64,000 nucleotides of DNA, from NCBI GenBank assembly GCA_963827275.1, contig CAWHAA010000008.1, forward strand, positions 352,001 to 416,000, in the 5' to 3' direction. The stretch comes from an uncultured Spirochaetota bacterium. GTDB taxonomy: Bacteria; Spirochaetota; UBA4802; UBA5550. The translations under genes were made by a program, and so were the position numbers. Below the pieces are notes generated by a model. It searched no databases. It saw only the letters and a list, made by a program, of their open reading frames with translations, and was not told the origin of the DNA. This document shows positions 1 to 11,360 of the stretch, piece after piece. The first letter of the stretch is position 1; every line of letters begins with the position of its first letter.

Positions 1-36
1 CCGGACCGGGGCATGGGGGGCCGTTGCACGGGAGTG

Positions 37-65
37 TTGACAAACTGACTAAATTATGTCATTAT
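37..65 (+). promoter_or_regulatory. Putative sigma70 promoter of the transposase
   Basis: TTGACA (37-42), 17-bp spacer ending TGT, CATTAT (60-65); GGAGG RBS at 81-85 precedes the ATG at 92. Confidence 0.5.
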
Positions 66-91
66 ACGTCAACACAGCCGGGAGGCCCCCA

Positions 92-1657
92 ATGCTAAAA
101 GGCAAAGACGGCGAACAAAAATTTTATTACAACATAAGCCTGAATGAGCTTGTACCACTGGACCATTTTTTACGGCATGTTGATCGACTGATAGACTTCG
201 ATTTTATAAGAAGCAGAGTTAAACACCTCTATAGCCATACCGGAAAACCAGCTGTTGATCCGGTCGTTTTATTCAAGATGCTGCTCATTGGCTATCTGTA
301 CGACGTAAAATCAGAACGACAACTAGAAAAAGAGATTCAAGTCAATCTCGCCTACCGCTGGTTTATTAAATACGACATAGATGAGCGAATTCCGGATCAT
401 TCAACCATATCACAGACGCGGCGGAGGAAATTTTCATCAAGCAATCTGTTTCAGGAAATTTTTGATGAAATAGTAAAACTATGCATGGCGAAAGGTTTAA
501 TTACGGGTGAGACCATAATGACGGATTCGACCTATATACGTGCCGATGCATCGCTTGATAGCCTTCGCGAGGTTTTAATTACTCCCCGAGAATTTATTCG
601 GAGACTTGATGAAAACAGTGACGAAATTCCTGATTCGGATAATGGGAATAAACCCGGAGAAGGCGGAGCTAACCAAAACAAAAGATATAGCAATAAGACG
701 CATAGAAGTAACACCGATCCCGAGAGTCGACTGGTGAGCAGAAAGGGCATGGGGCCTGGTCTGTTCTATAAAGAGCATCGTAGTCTCGATAGTGGGGGGT
801 ATATAACGGATGTGCACGTAACGGCGGGCAACATCTCTGATGCGGAACCTTACCTTGAACGATTGAAACGGCAGAGAGATGTTTTTTTGTTGCCCATTGA
901 TTCAGTTGTCGCAGACAGAGGGTACGGGATATCCCATGTTTATAAAGATTTAACTGTAATGGGGATTGATGCCTACATCCCGCAGATTTCAAGCCCCAAA
1001 CAAAATGAACGGGCATATCCTCAAAATAATTTTATTTATGCCCCAGTTACTGACACCTTCCGTTGTCCGGCAGGTCATGTTATGACAAGAAAATTAAAAA
1101 AACCACGGAAGAAGGACGGGGGGATTATATACAGAGCTTCAAAGCGATTATGCAATAAGTCGTGTCCGCGTCGAAATGAGTGTACAACCGGCGGCGAAAA
1201 TTCTGTCCGTGAAGTGCAACGTAATATTTATCAAGACTATATAGATTGCCAGATAAAGAAACAAAACAGCCCTGTGTGGAGGGCTATGTTGAAAAAACGA
1301 AAAACGATGGTTGAGGGTTCTTTTGCGGATGCCAAGGAGAACCACGGGATGAGAAGGGCGAAATACAGGGGCTTGGCAAAGGTCCAGGAACAATCGTTTA
1401 TGACGGCTATCGTGCAGAATATTAAGAAAATGGTCAAAAGCGAACAGGCCGGCAAACGGATAATTGAAATGGCTAATTACATTATCCGTACCACGAGAAT
1501 CTTATGGGTGTGGGGTAACAATGCACGACGGCCCCCCATGGACCCCCCGCGTGGTCGCTCATTCGCCGCGACGGGCTATGGCTGCTATCGGTTATTTATT
1601 TTAACCCGGTGCGTATTTTGGATTCGGGCGTCGCTGGAGAGCTTGCTAAGAGTGTAA
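92..1657 (+). mobile_element. IS1182-family DDE transposase
   Basis: N-terminal DUF772-like segment (GKPAVDPVVLFKMLLIGYLY..SERQLE..NLAYRWF..PDHSTIS); DDE residues in TDST, VADRGY and VEGSFADAK; CPAG..C..C..C Zn region; lower GC than flanks; start set at 92 from the RBS. Confidence 0.88.
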
Positions 1658-1932
1658 TAACAGACTTTCGGCTTTCGCTCCGGAAGGCGCCGTCCTGCGG
1701 CATCCTCGCATCTCCGCACATCCTGTGCGGCGACTGGATGTAGGTTTTGTCAATCTTATCTTTCAAGATTTCTGTCCCCTCCTGGGTCTTAAACCAAAGA
1801 AAACAATGTGCTTCATTGTAATGGGGCTCGCTCAAATGAACGGCATTATGTAAGGGATAGGTGGCACCGCGGTACCTACCGCCGGGCGGCGGTCATCGGT
1901 TCCCAGCCGGCGGACGGTGCATTGTCCTGAAA

Positions 1933-2700
1933 TTACGGTTTTAAAATATGAGCGACAATATCATCATAGCCGGTTGATATGAATTTCTCCTGGTGCTTCA
2001 GCAATAATTCCTTGTTTGCATAGGTCAGGGGACACCAGTTGGTTTCAATGATGGACAGGGTGTGCTGAAACGATTGAAACACTATCCGGAGCTTGAACGC
2101 GTTTTGATAAATCGATCTGAAGCTGTCGGACCTCAGGCTTTTGCCAAAATTTATTTTTTTCAGATCATCTTTTATGGCGTTCAAATCCGCTCTTTTGTAT
2201 CCCAATAATTTTTCAAAAGTCAGAACAAACGCAAGGCCTATTATGCCGACCGGTTTGACGAAAAAGAAAGCCCTGGCGAGGAGGCGCTCCACCTGCTTTT
2301 TCTGCTGTTCATTCAGGGCGTTGATGTCGCATCCGCCCATGAGATCAAGCGTCGCGGAAATCATGTGAGTAATGCCGTTTGCGTATGCGCAGAAGTGGCA
2401 GTTGCCCCGGTCAAACCAGCTGTAATCATCAAGATTGATCCTGCCGTAGGAGACGAAATCTTTTTTATCCAGCACCCGGGCTCCCTTGTTGAGAATAAAC
2501 AATGCTTTCGTCAGTATTTTGAGAAATAAAATCTCAAAAATTAAAAAAATCACTATTGAGGGGTACATGATGTATCCGCCTATAGTCCCCCTGATAAAAC
2601 CATGCTTTTTATTATTTGTCCAAAAAATCCCTTTGAGCAGCATCATACACCTCGTTATTTTATTATACTGATATACAGGAATCTTCAATCTCTTCAGCAA
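1933..2700 (-). CDS. Hypothetical membrane protein with CxxCxYxNG and ExxWCP motifs
   Basis: 255-aa AT-rich ORF with hydrophobic segments and NCHFCAYANG / ETNWCP motifs; an RBS+ATG at 2747 is out of frame, so the true start may lie upstream across a frameshift. Confidence 0.6.
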   Translation of the reverse strand: MLKRLKIPVYQYNKITRCMMLLKGIFWTNNKKHGFIRGTIGGYIMYPSIVIFLIFEILFLKILTKALFILNKGARVLDKKDFVSYGRINLDDYSWFDRGNCHFCAYANGITHMISATLDLMGGCDINALNEQQKKQVERLLARAFFFVKPVGIIGLAFVLTFEKLLGYKRADLNAIKDDLKKINFGKSLRSDSFRSIYQNAFKLRIVFQSFQHTLSIIETNWCPLTYANKELLLKHQEKFISTGYDDIVAHILKP

Positions 2701-2941
2701 GGTCGGATGAGATTGGATGCATTATAAGTGAAGGGCACCCCTCTCATAGTAAGTCCTCTCCGGCACGACATGGCCCTGTAAAGATGCCTCAAATTGTAAT
2801 GTTATCATGACGCGTGGAAAATGAGAAGTAGTACCTGAAATGCACGCAGAATGTCTGCACCCGGGACAATAAACAGCGGCATGCTTGCATGGCAAGAAAT
2901 TTTTGTAAATTATTGAGGTGAACCAATCGTCACGGCGGGGG

Positions 2942-3907
2942 CTACCGCGCGCACTCTATATACACCCACATGTCGTCCGGCACCGGGCACTCGAACATGA
3001 CCCGGAGTCCCGTCACCGGGTGGTCGAAGGAAAGCTTCGATGCGTGCAGCAGGTGGCGGCGCGCGTCCATCCAGGGGAGGGGCTCGTAGTTGCCCGCGCG
3101 CGCGTTGCGGACGAATTCCAGGAACTGCTCGTCGGTCCTGCCGTAGAGCTTGTCCCCTACGAGGGGATGGCCGGCGTGTGCAAGGTGGACGCGTATCTGG
3201 TTCGTGCGGCCCGTGGCGGGGATGCAGCGCACCAGGGTCGCCCCGGCGTAGCGCTCGATGACCTTGAAACGGGTCGATGCGGCGCGGGAGCCGGGGGTCT
3301 TTTCCGGCACGACTTTTTTTCTGATGGAGATCGCGCTCTCCGCATCCGGTGCGATCGCGCCGGATACCTCGAAGGAGTCTTCGGCGATGACGCCGCGCGC
3401 GACCGCCATGTATTCCTTGCCGACGGTCCCCTCCTCGAACTGCCGGACGAGGTCGCGGTGGGCGTCATCAGTTTTCCCGACGACCAGGAGGCCGCTCGTC
3501 TCCCGGTCGAGGCGGTGTACGAGCTTGACCGGGCCGTCGTATCCCGCCGCCTTCATGCGCTCTCTCAGGATATAAATGAAGGTGTTTTTTATGAAATTGC
3601 CGTCTGCGTGGGAGGGGAGGTTGCCCGGCTTGCCTGCCACGAGAAACGACCCCTCCTCGTGGAGGATCTCGATCCCCCTGTCAACGGGCGGCTCGCGGAG
3701 GACCACCGCGTAGGATACGGTGTCGTTCTTTTTAAGCACGCAGTCGGGGGAGGAGGGCTTCCCGTTCACCGACGCCTTTCCCTGGCCGATGATCGCGATC
3801 CATTCTTCGCGGCCGTGGTACCTGAAGCGGGAGCAGAGGTAATCGATGAGCCTCTGCCCTGCATGGTTCTGCGTTATGCGCGATGTGAGGATAGTTTCTT
3901 CCGGCAT
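2942..3907 (-). CDS. RluA/RluD-family pseudouridine synthase with S4 domain
   Basis: VHRLDRETSG catalytic motif, KPGNLPSH, TGRTNQIRVH, GHPLVGDKLYG, LHA; N-terminal S4-like domain. Confidence 0.92.
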   Translation of the reverse strand: MPEETILTSRITQNHAGQRLIDYLCSRFRYHGREEWIAIIGQGKASVNGKPSSPDCVLKKNDTVSYAVVLREPPVDRGIEILHEEGSFLVAGKPGNLPSHADGNFIKNTFIYILRERMKAAGYDGPVKLVHRLDRETSGLLVVGKTDDAHRDLVRQFEEGTVGKEYMAVARGVIAEDSFEVSGAIAPDAESAISIRKKVVPEKTPGSRAASTRFKVIERYAGATLVRCIPATGRTNQIRVHLAHAGHPLVGDKLYGRTDEQFLEFVRNARAGNYEPLPWMDARRHLLHASKLSFDHPVTGLRVMFECPVPDDMWVYIECAR

Positions 3908-4050
3908 GGACGGCCCTGCTGTGCATAAAGTGTGGCATCCGCAGCGCTTTGAATGACCGGTATAAGTAGAAGAGATGCGCGAAAATATGGCAACTATTTT
4001 AATGAATTTCATGAAAAATGCCTGAAACGCAGAGTAGGGGAATTTCTGTA

Positions 4051-4080
4051 TTGACAATGATCCATAAATGATTGTATATT
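4051..4080 (+). promoter_or_regulatory. Putative sigma70 promoter of the MCP gene
   Basis: TTGACA, 18-bp spacer, TATATT, about 55 bp upstream of the ATG at 4135. Confidence 0.4.
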
Positions 4081-4134
4081 AACTTATCATTTCAACAGCA
4101 ACCGTCACCATACCTCGCCATCTCGGAGTGAAAC

Positions 4135-5715
4135 ATGCTTGATCGCATACAGAAATTTTTCCAAAAAAACATTGATATTTCTTCTGTCGTGGTAAAAAGA
4201 AAGACAGAGCTCCTTGCCTACATGGACATCCTTGTCATCCTGCTGGTATTCCCGGTAACGCCCCTCATATACATAATCCGCGGTGACTTTCTCCGGACGC
4301 TGGCCATCGGGGGCTCGATAACCATCGGGTGTCTCCTGAGCCTCGTGTTCCTCCGGAGGGGGCGCTACCATCTGGCTGCCAACACCACCTCCTTCGCCGC
4401 CGCGATGACAATCGTATTCGGCATCTTCTACCAGCACGTCGAGACCCCGACCATGGGGTTCTCATCGATGGTATATATGACCCAGGCCGTCGTTGTTTTT
4501 TCCTCCCTGTTCTGCGCCATTTCATGGACGGCGGTCCTGACCGCGGTCTTCACGGCGGTGCATATCGGGCTTTTCATTTTTCTCAATTCCCGGGGACAGA
4601 TAGAGCCGGACCTGTTGAGGACCGGCATGGTGGTCAGCACCCTCTCGCTGTTCCTCACCTTCGGCATCGCCCTGCTCATATCCAAGCTGAGCAAGGACGC
4701 GCTCAACGAGGTGCGGGAAGAGTCCGAGATCAATGAAAAGCAGTACGTGCGGATAAAAGAGCTCCTCGAATCCACGTCGTCCACGACGATTGACCTGGCC
4801 AGCGCGGCCGATGAGATGTCCGCCGCAACCGCCACGTTTTCAAACAACGCCCAGAACCAGGCCGCCTCGTCCGAAGAGATCACCTCGGCGATAGAGGAGG
4901 TCCATTCCAACATGGAGCTGCAGGTGGATAATGTCAGCGACCAGTTCGAAACGCTCGAGACGCTCGTCGGGAACATGCAGTCGCTTTCCGTGTCAATCGA
5001 GCGGATGAAGGACATGATCGGGGAGGCGATGCGTCTTTCTGACGAGACCTCAAGCCATTCGATCAAGGGGGAGAAAACACTGGACGTCATGAACGTCGCG
5101 ATGAACGCCATCAGCGACCGTTCGCAGCAGATGACCATGGTGGTTGACGTGATCAACAACATTTCCGAACAGATCAGCCTGCTCTCGCTGAATGCCGCCA
5201 TCGAGGCCGCCCGCGCCGGCGACGCGGGCCGGGGCTTCGCCGTGGTGGCTGATGAAATCTCGAAGCTCGCCATCCAGACCAGCGACAGCCTCAAGGAGAT
5301 TTCCCAGCTTATCGGCTCGACCGAACAGGAAGTGGTGAAGGGCGGCGCGAGCGTGAAGGACACGGTTGACATGATGAGAAGCACCATCAAGAACGTCAAC
5401 GCCATCAGCGACAGGATGAGAAATATCGACCAGCTCATGGCGGAGCAGGTGCGGCTCAACGGCATCGTCCACGATCAGTCGAACAGGGTCAAGCAGAAGT
5501 CGGAAGAGATCAACATCTCGACGAAGGAACAGCAGGTTGCCATTTCCGAGGTGAGCAGATCGATCGGCACCATCAACGAGGCGACCCAGTCCATTGCGTC
5601 CGCCTCTGAGGAGCTGATGGGCACCTCGCGCCATCTCTCCACAATCGCGGAAAACCTGTCGGAGAAGATCGGCATCAAACCGGAACAGAAGGGCCAGGCA
5701 GACCTGCCCGGTTAA
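4135..5715 (+). CDS. Methyl-accepting chemotaxis protein
   Basis: Signalling hairpin [33 protein letters not shown]; about six N-terminal hydrophobic helices. Confidence 0.95.
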   Translation: MLDRIQKFFQKNIDISSVVVKRKTELLAYMDILVILLVFPVTPLIYIIRGDFLRTLAIGGSITIGCLLSLVFLRRGRYHLAANTTSFAAAMTIVFGIFYQHVETPTMGFSSMVYMTQAVVVFSSLFCAISWTAVLTAVFTAVHIGLFIFLNSRGQIEPDLLRTGMVVSTLSLFLTFGIALLISKLSKDALNEVREESEINEKQYVRIKELLESTSSTTIDLASAADEMSAATATFSNNAQNQAASSEEITSAIEEVHSNMELQVDNVSDQFETLETLVGNMQSLSVSIERMKDMIGEAMRLSDETSSHSIKGEKTLDVMNVAMNAISDRSQQMTMVVDVINNISEQISLLSLNAAIEAARAGDAGRGFAVVADEISKLAIQTSDSLKEISQLIGSTEQEVVKGGASVKDTVDMMRSTIKNVNAISDRMRNIDQLMAEQVRLNGIVHDQSNRVKQKSEEINISTKEQQVAISEVSRSIGTINEATQSIASASEELMGTSRHLSTIAENLSEKIGIKPEQKGQADLPG

Positions 5716-5746
5716 TCAGGCCGCGCCGACGGCGCGGCGTCAGGCG

Positions 5747-7757
5747 TTACGCCAAATCCATCACCGCCATGAACCCGTCGTGGACCGCCTTGTCGATCCG
5801 GCCGATCTTTTTCGCGTCGCCGATGACGGTGATAGGGTATGCCGGTTTTTTCCATGGCGTCGGCGACCTTCCGCACCGGCCGGGAGCCGACCGCGTTCAC
5901 GATGGCGTCGAACTGCATCGATTCTGCTGCGCCGTTGCGCTCGAAGGTGACCGTGCCGCCCCTCAGGGAGGTCACTCTTCGCGCCGGTTATGACCTCGAT
6001 GCCGTAGCGCTTCACGCTGCCCATGAGGACCCAGCGGGTCGACCGCCCGACCTCCGCCGCGGCCTTCGGGAGCATCTCGAATACCGTCACCTTCTTGGTG
6101 CCCCTGGTGCAGAGCTCGCGCAGCCGCTCGACGGTCTCGGCCTCGTACATGAAGAGAAAGTGCATCGCCTCCGGCGTGAGGGTGCCCTTGGCCGCCAGGA
6201 ACTCGGCGGTTTCAAGCCCGACCGCGCCGCCGCCGATCACGGCGATGGACGGGCCGATCATCGGGTCGTTCATCAGCACGTCCCAGGCGGAATACACCTT
6301 CGGGTCGTCGATGCCGTCGATGCGCGGCTTGAGCGGCTCCGCGCCCTTCGGCCACGATCACGTGGTCCGGCTTTTCTTCTTTTATGATAATCCACGGTCA
6401 CCTCGTTGCCGAGGATCACGTCGATGTCATACTTGTCCAGCATCGCGTCGTAGTAATTGATGAGCTCCCACAGCTCGTGCTTGTGGGGCGGCGTGCCCGC
6501 GATCCAGAGCTGGCCGCCGATCCGGTCCGATTTCTCGTAGAGCTCGACGCGGTGGCCCGCCTCGGCCGCGCGGACGGCGGCCTCGAGGCCGCCCGGGCCC
6601 GGCGCCGATGACCATGATCTTCTTCGGCGGCGAGGCCTTCGTTGATGTTCCGCTCTCCCTCGAACCCGGCCCGGGCGTTGGCGATGCAGTAGACCGCCTT
6701 GCCGCTGAAGATGCTGTCCGTGCAGCCCTGGTTGCAGGCCACGCAGGGACGTATCTCGTCGACATCGCCCTCCTGCGCCTTTTTGCGGCCAGTAGGGATC
6801 GGCGATCAGGACCCGCGCCAGGTTCACGATGTCGCAGAACCCGTCCTTGATGAGCTGTTCCGCGGAAAAGGGGTCGGTGATGCGGTTGGACGCGCTCACC
6901 GGCACGGAGACCTCGCGCTTGACGTTCAGCGCGAGGTAGGAGTACACCGAACGCGGCGCGTCCATCGGGAGCTGGGGCACGTGGGCCTCGTGCCAGCCGC
7001 CGGTGACGCTGATCAGGTCGACGCCGGCCTTTTCGTACACCTTCGCGAACGCCGGCGTCTCGGAGCTCGTGTTGCTCCCCTCGACGAAGTCGTTGCCGGC
7101 CATGCGCACCGATATCGGGTAATCGGGCCCCAGCGCGGCGCGCATCATCTCCAGGATCTCCCGGGGGAAGCGGACGCGGTTCTCGAAGCTGCCGCCGTAC
7201 CGGTCGGTGCGCTTGTTTTTCAGGGGGGAGAGGAACTGCGTGATCAGGTACCCGGCCGATGCGATGATCTCCACGCCGTCGAAGCCGGCCTCCTTCGCAC
7301 GCAGCGCGGCCTTCACAAACCCCTCCTGCGCCTCCCTGATGTCGTCGAGGGTCATCTCGCGGGGGACGAGCTTTGAATACTGCGAGTAGATGGGCGACGG
7401 CGCGATGGGGTCCGGCCCGCCCATGAACTTGGAATAGGAATAGGCGCCCGCGTGGAACAGCTGTATCCACGACAGGGCGCCCTCCTTCTTTATAATCGAC
7501 GTTACCTTTCTGAAATCGGCGATCTTGTCGTCATCATCAAGGACGAGGATCACCTTTCCGCTCCCGACAACGTCGAACCCGACGGGGCCCACGGTCACGA
7601 TGCCCGCTCCGCCCCTGGCGCGTTCGGCGAAAAAATGGTAATACTTGTCGTTCAGCTTCCCGTCGTAGGAATACAGGAGGCCCAGCGAAGGATAGGCGAT
7701 CCTGTTCTTCACGACGGTCTTGTTTATGGTGATCGGGCTGAAAAGTGTATCGAACAT
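5747..7757 (-). CDS. fadH: NADH:flavin oxidoreductase / 2,4-dienoyl-CoA reductase-like protein (several frameshifts, probably sequencing errors)
   Basis: OYE TIM barrel (GYLITQFLSP..NKRTDRYGGSFENR), [4Fe-4S] motif ACNQGC..YC, two Rossmann GxGxxG segments spread over ORF fragments; reconstructed stop TAA at 5747-5749. Confidence 0.75.
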
Positions 7758-7783
7758 GTGTCCTCCTCGTCCTGTTGAAAACG

Positions 7784-8818
7784 CTACTTTATCATCGTCC
7801 CCATCTTCGCATAGGACTCCTTCGCTTCCTTGATGGTGCGGTCGATGACTTCCTTGACCGTGGGTATGTCCTTGATGATGCCCTGGATCTGGCCGGTCAG
7901 GTGCACGCCGTTCTTTAAATCGCCGGTCTCGGTCGCGATCTGTATTTTCTTGAAGGCGGTGGCCATGTGCGCGAGCTTCATCATGTTTTCCGGCTGCGCC
8001 AGCATTCCCAGCATGAGCTTGACCAGCGGCAGTTTCATTTCCCGCGCGATCTGCGGCCCCACGATCACGGCCCTGAGCAGGTTGATCCCCTGCCGTATCG
8101 ATTTTTTTGACTGGGGCGTCTTGAGGACGCGGCACCAGAGGCCGTCGAACCGGTCGGAATAAAGGGTGTCCTCGATGCTCGCCTCGACCTGGGCCTTCTT
8201 CGTGAGCTCGTGGACCGGGCTCTCCTTTGTCATGGAGAGGCGCGTTCCCATGCCGATCGCTTCTGCGCCAAGGGCCAGGGCCGCCGCGAGGCCGTACCCG
8301 TCGCCGAATCCGCCGATCGCCACCACCGGGAGCTTCGTCGCCCGCACGATGGCCGGCGTGAGCACCAGCGTGGTGACCTGGCTGCCGTGCGCGGCCGCCT
8401 CGTTCCCGGTCACCTGCAGGGCGTCGGCCCCCTGCTTCTCCGCCGCCATCGCGTGCTTCTCGGTGGTCACCGTGGCGATCACCTTGCCGCCGTACTTGTG
8501 CACCCGCTCCGCGATCCAGTCGCATTTGCCGAGGGACACGTTGATGACCGGGACCTTCTCCTCGATAAGCACCTCGGCGTTTTCCCGCGCGCCCGGCATG
8601 AGCAGGGTGACGCCCGCGCCGAAGGGCTTGTCGGTCAGCTTCCTGATTTTCCTGATCGATTCGCGGGTCTGCTCGGTGCTCAGCGGTCCCGTGGCGAGCC
8701 ACCCGATACCGCCGGCGTTGCAGACTGCGGCGACCAGCTCGGGCACGCTGATCCAGCTCATGCCCGGCAGGATGATCGGATATTTGATGCCAAAAAGTTT
8801 CGTGATTCTTGTTTGCAT
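7784..8818 (-). CDS. FabK / nitronate monooxygenase family flavoprotein
   Basis: GIKYPII..GM, NAGGIG, GNEAAAH, GGFGDG..AALALGA..MGTR. Confidence 0.88.
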   Translation of the reverse strand: MQTRITKLFGIKYPIILPGMSWISVPELVAAVCNAGGIGWLATGPLSTEQTRESIRKIRKLTDKPFGAGVTLLMPGARENAEVLIEEKVPVINVSLGKCDWIAERVHKYGGKVIATVTTEKHAMAAEKQGADALQVTGNEAAAHGSQVTTLVLTPAIVRATKLPVVAIGGFGDGYGLAAALALGAEAIGMGTRLSMTKESPVHELTKKAQVEASIEDTLYSDRFDGLWCRVLKTPQSKKSIRQGINLLRAVIVGPQIAREMKLPLVKLMLGMLAQPENMMKLAHMATAFKKIQIATETGDLKNGVHLTGQIQGIIKDIPTVKEVIDRTIKEAKESYAKMGTMIK

Positions 8819-8875
8819 GATATATTCTCCTAATAATTTTTTTACTGGTTGTTATGCGCGGCGTCGTTCCCGTGC

Positions 8876-9859
8876 TTAAAAAAGCCTTCCCACCCTCTGA
8901 ATATCCTCCTTCGCCTCGGCTACCATCCGCTCGATCAGCTCCTTGCAGGTCGGGACGTCCCTTACCAGGCCCACCGACTGGCCCATCATCATCGGCGCGA
9001 TGTCCACGTTGCCGGTCTCCCACGCCTCCTTGACCCGCTTGCCCGACATGAGCGGTATGAGCTTCTCAAGGCCGCCGTGCTGCGCCTCGATGCCCAGCAC
9101 TTCCTCTGCCAGCCTGTTCCTGATGGCCCTTCCCTGCAGCCCGATCGACTTGCAGATGAGCGTCGTCTCGTGCTCCTGGCGCCGTATGATCTCCTGCTTG
9201 ATGTTGTCGTGCACCTCGCACTCCTTCGTCGCCACGAAGCGGGTCGCCATCATGACCCCCTGCGCGCCCAGGGCGAGTGCGGCGGCCAGGGTGCGGCCGT
9301 CGGCGATCCCGCCCACGGTGACCACCGGGATCTTCACCGATTCGGCGATGCGGGGCGTGAGCACCATGGTGGTCACGTCGTCGTTCAGCGGGTGCCCCCC
9401 TTCCTCGATGCCCGCAGCGTAGATGCCGTCGTAGCCTGTCTTTTCCGCGTGGACCGCGTGCCGCACCGAGCCGACCTTGTGAAAGAGCCGCACTCCCGCC
9501 TTCCTGAGCATTTCGATATAGTCCTTCCCTGCCGCCTTGTCCAGCGGCGTGCCGGATATCTCCAGGCCAGCGACCTTCTCCTCCGCGCAGACCCGCAGGA
9601 ACATCTTGTGGTGCTCCGCGGTTATGTGCACCGAGGGGAGGATGGTCACGTTCACCATGAAGGGCCGGTCCGTGAGCCTCCGCGTCTCGCGGATGGCCTC
9701 GCGGAACTGCTCCTCGTTTTCGTAGTTCCCTGCCGTGAGGTTCCCCATGCCTCCCGCGTTCGACACCGCTGCGCACAGCTTCGGCTTGCACAGCCACATC
9801 ATGGCCCCGCAGATGATGGGGTATTCGATCCCGAACATTTCGGTGATTGCTGTCTTCAT
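8876..9859 (-). CDS. FabK / nitronate monooxygenase family flavoprotein (second paralogue)
   Basis: GIEYPII, SNAGGMG, EEGGHP, GGIADGR..AALALGA, GQSVGLV. Confidence 0.88.
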   Translation of the reverse strand: MKTAITEMFGIEYPIICGAMMWLCKPKLCAAVSNAGGMGNLTAGNYENEEQFREAIRETRRLTDRPFMVNVTILPSVHITAEHHKMFLRVCAEEKVAGLEISGTPLDKAAGKDYIEMLRKAGVRLFHKVGSVRHAVHAEKTGYDGIYAAGIEEGGHPLNDDVTTMVLTPRIAESVKIPVVTVGGIADGRTLAAALALGAQGVMMATRFVATKECEVHDNIKQEIIRRQEHETTLICKSIGLQGRAIRNRLAEEVLGIEAQHGGLEKLIPLMSGKRVKEAWETGNVDIAPMMMGQSVGLVRDVPTCKELIERMVAEAKEDIQRVGRLF

Positions 9860-10479
9860 TTTTCGGCTCCTTTCTCGTTTTTGTATCGTCTGTCCAGAAT
9901 GCCCCTTCCAATCGTGTCGCCCATGAATCTCCGGAAATCAGCGTCGCTGATCTCCATGTAATCGAACAGTCCCAGCTTTTTAAGCTGCAGCATCCCCTCG
10001 GCCACGGCGGCAAGAAGCATGGAGAGCATGCGCGGGTCGATGTCGCGGAACGATCCCTCCCGGATGCCGTCGCGGATCGTGTCCTCCATGAGCCCGTACA
10101 TCTCGCCCAGCTTTTTGGTTACTTCAAGATAGTCGTCCTTGACGTCCTGGTCGTAATGGGCCCTGTACTCCATCAGGATGTTGTAGTGGTCCCGGTTGTT
10201 GTAAAAGAAATCGATGTAGGAATCGAAGGTCGAAATCAGCTTCTGGCTCGGCGTCTTCCTGCTCTGCATGCGCTCGCTGAAGCTCTGAATGAGGATGTCG
10301 ATCGCCTCGAAGCAGATCGTCTTGTAGATGTCCTTCTTGTCCCTGAAGTGAAAATAGATGGCGCCGGTGGTGAGCTTCGCCTTTTCGGCTATGGCGCGGA
10401 TCGAGATGCCGTTATAGCCGTAGCGGGGGAGAAGCTGGCGGGCTGTTTTCAGTATGCGTTCCCTGTTGTTTTTTCTCAT
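9856..10479 (-). CDS. TetR/AcrR-family transcriptional regulator
   Basis: N-terminal HTH GYNGISIRAIAEKAKLTTGAIYFHFRDK; stop overlaps the next ATG. Confidence 0.92.
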   Translation of the reverse strand: MRKNNRERILKTARQLLPRYGYNGISIRAIAEKAKLTTGAIYFHFRDKKDIYKTICFEAIDILIQSFSERMQSRKTPSQKLISTFDSYIDFFYNNRDHYNILMEYRAHYDQDVKDDYLEVTKKLGEMYGLMEDTIRDGIREGSFRDIDPRMLSMLLAAVAEGMLQLKKLGLFDYMEISDADFRRFMGDTIGRGILDRRYKNEKGAEK

Positions 10480-10564
10480 TGTACGGTCCGATGGCGCCCC
10501 TGATAAGGCCCCCGGCACACCCGGGGTTCCGGGCAGGGGGGTGCTCCAGGGGCGCGGTCGTTCA

Positions 10565-11290
10565 TTAATCCCCTATCATGAGGAAGACCGGCTCAATGGA
10601 TTCCTTCGGGTCCATCGTGTCCATCACCTCGATGATGTCGCGGTACATCCGCTTCTTCATCTCCCCGAGGATGCCCCGCTTTTTCTGGAAGGACCTTGCA
10701 AAGGCGAGCGCCTCGCTCATGAGTTCTTCCTTGCCGGCGCATGCCTTTTGAATTATATTGAACTTTTCCAGCTCGGGCGCGCCGTAGCGGTTGCCGCCGA
10801 ACTGCATCTCCACCAGCTTGTTCATGGGCACGACTTTTTTAACAAACGCGTTCATGCCGTAGAGGAGCGGAATGCCGACGTTCACTTCCGGGAAGCAGAA
10901 AAAACCTTTGTCCGCGCGCATGAACCTGAAGTCGCATGCGCAGGAGATGATCGCGCCATTGCCGAAGGCGTGGCCGTTTATGGCGGCGATGGTCGGCATG
11001 GGAGAGAGCATGAGTTTTTTGAAGACGTCGTTCATCCTGTACATGAAGTCCTTGATCGGCTGGAATTCCTTCTTCATGTACAGGGGGCCCATCCAGGAGA
11101 CATCGACCCCCTGGGAGAAGTTCTTTTCGTCGCTGGAGGTGAGCACCAGCGCCTGTATGGATGAATCGGCCACGATTTCGTCGATCGCCTTGTTCATCGC
11201 TTCCGCGAACGCGAGGTTCTGCCTGTTTTCGCCGTTGTTCATGCTTATGATTGCCACATTTCCGTCTTTTGACCAGGATATGATAGACAT
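10565..11290 (-). CDS. Enoyl-CoA hydratase/isomerase (crotonase) family, Delta3-Delta2 isomerase-like
   Basis: FSQGVD, PTIAAINGHAFGNG, CDFRFM..FCFPEV. Confidence 0.88.
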   Translation of the reverse strand: MSIISWSKDGNVAIISMNNGENRQNLAFAEAMNKAIDEIVADSSIQALVLTSSDEKNFSQGVDVSWMGPLYMKKEFQPIKDFMYRMNDVFKKLMLSPMPTIAAINGHAFGNGAIISCACDFRFMRADKGFFCFPEVNVGIPLLYGMNAFVKKVVPMNKLVEMQFGGNRYGAPELEKFNIIQKACAGKEELMSEALAFARSFQKKRGILGEMKKRMYRDIIEVMDTMDPKESIEPVFLMIGD

Positions 11291-11360
11291 GGGGGATCCT
11301 CCTTCTTGGTGTAGTAGATGATTTCGGTCTCAGGTATTCGGCCCTTCGCCGATCCGAGCC

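Noticed and set aside
6273..9023. 916-aa ORF that looks like a large fusion protein
   Set aside because: Its first half is an alternative frame over the FabK-like genes; the real FadH-like protein starts at ATG 7757 behind its own GAGGAGG RBS
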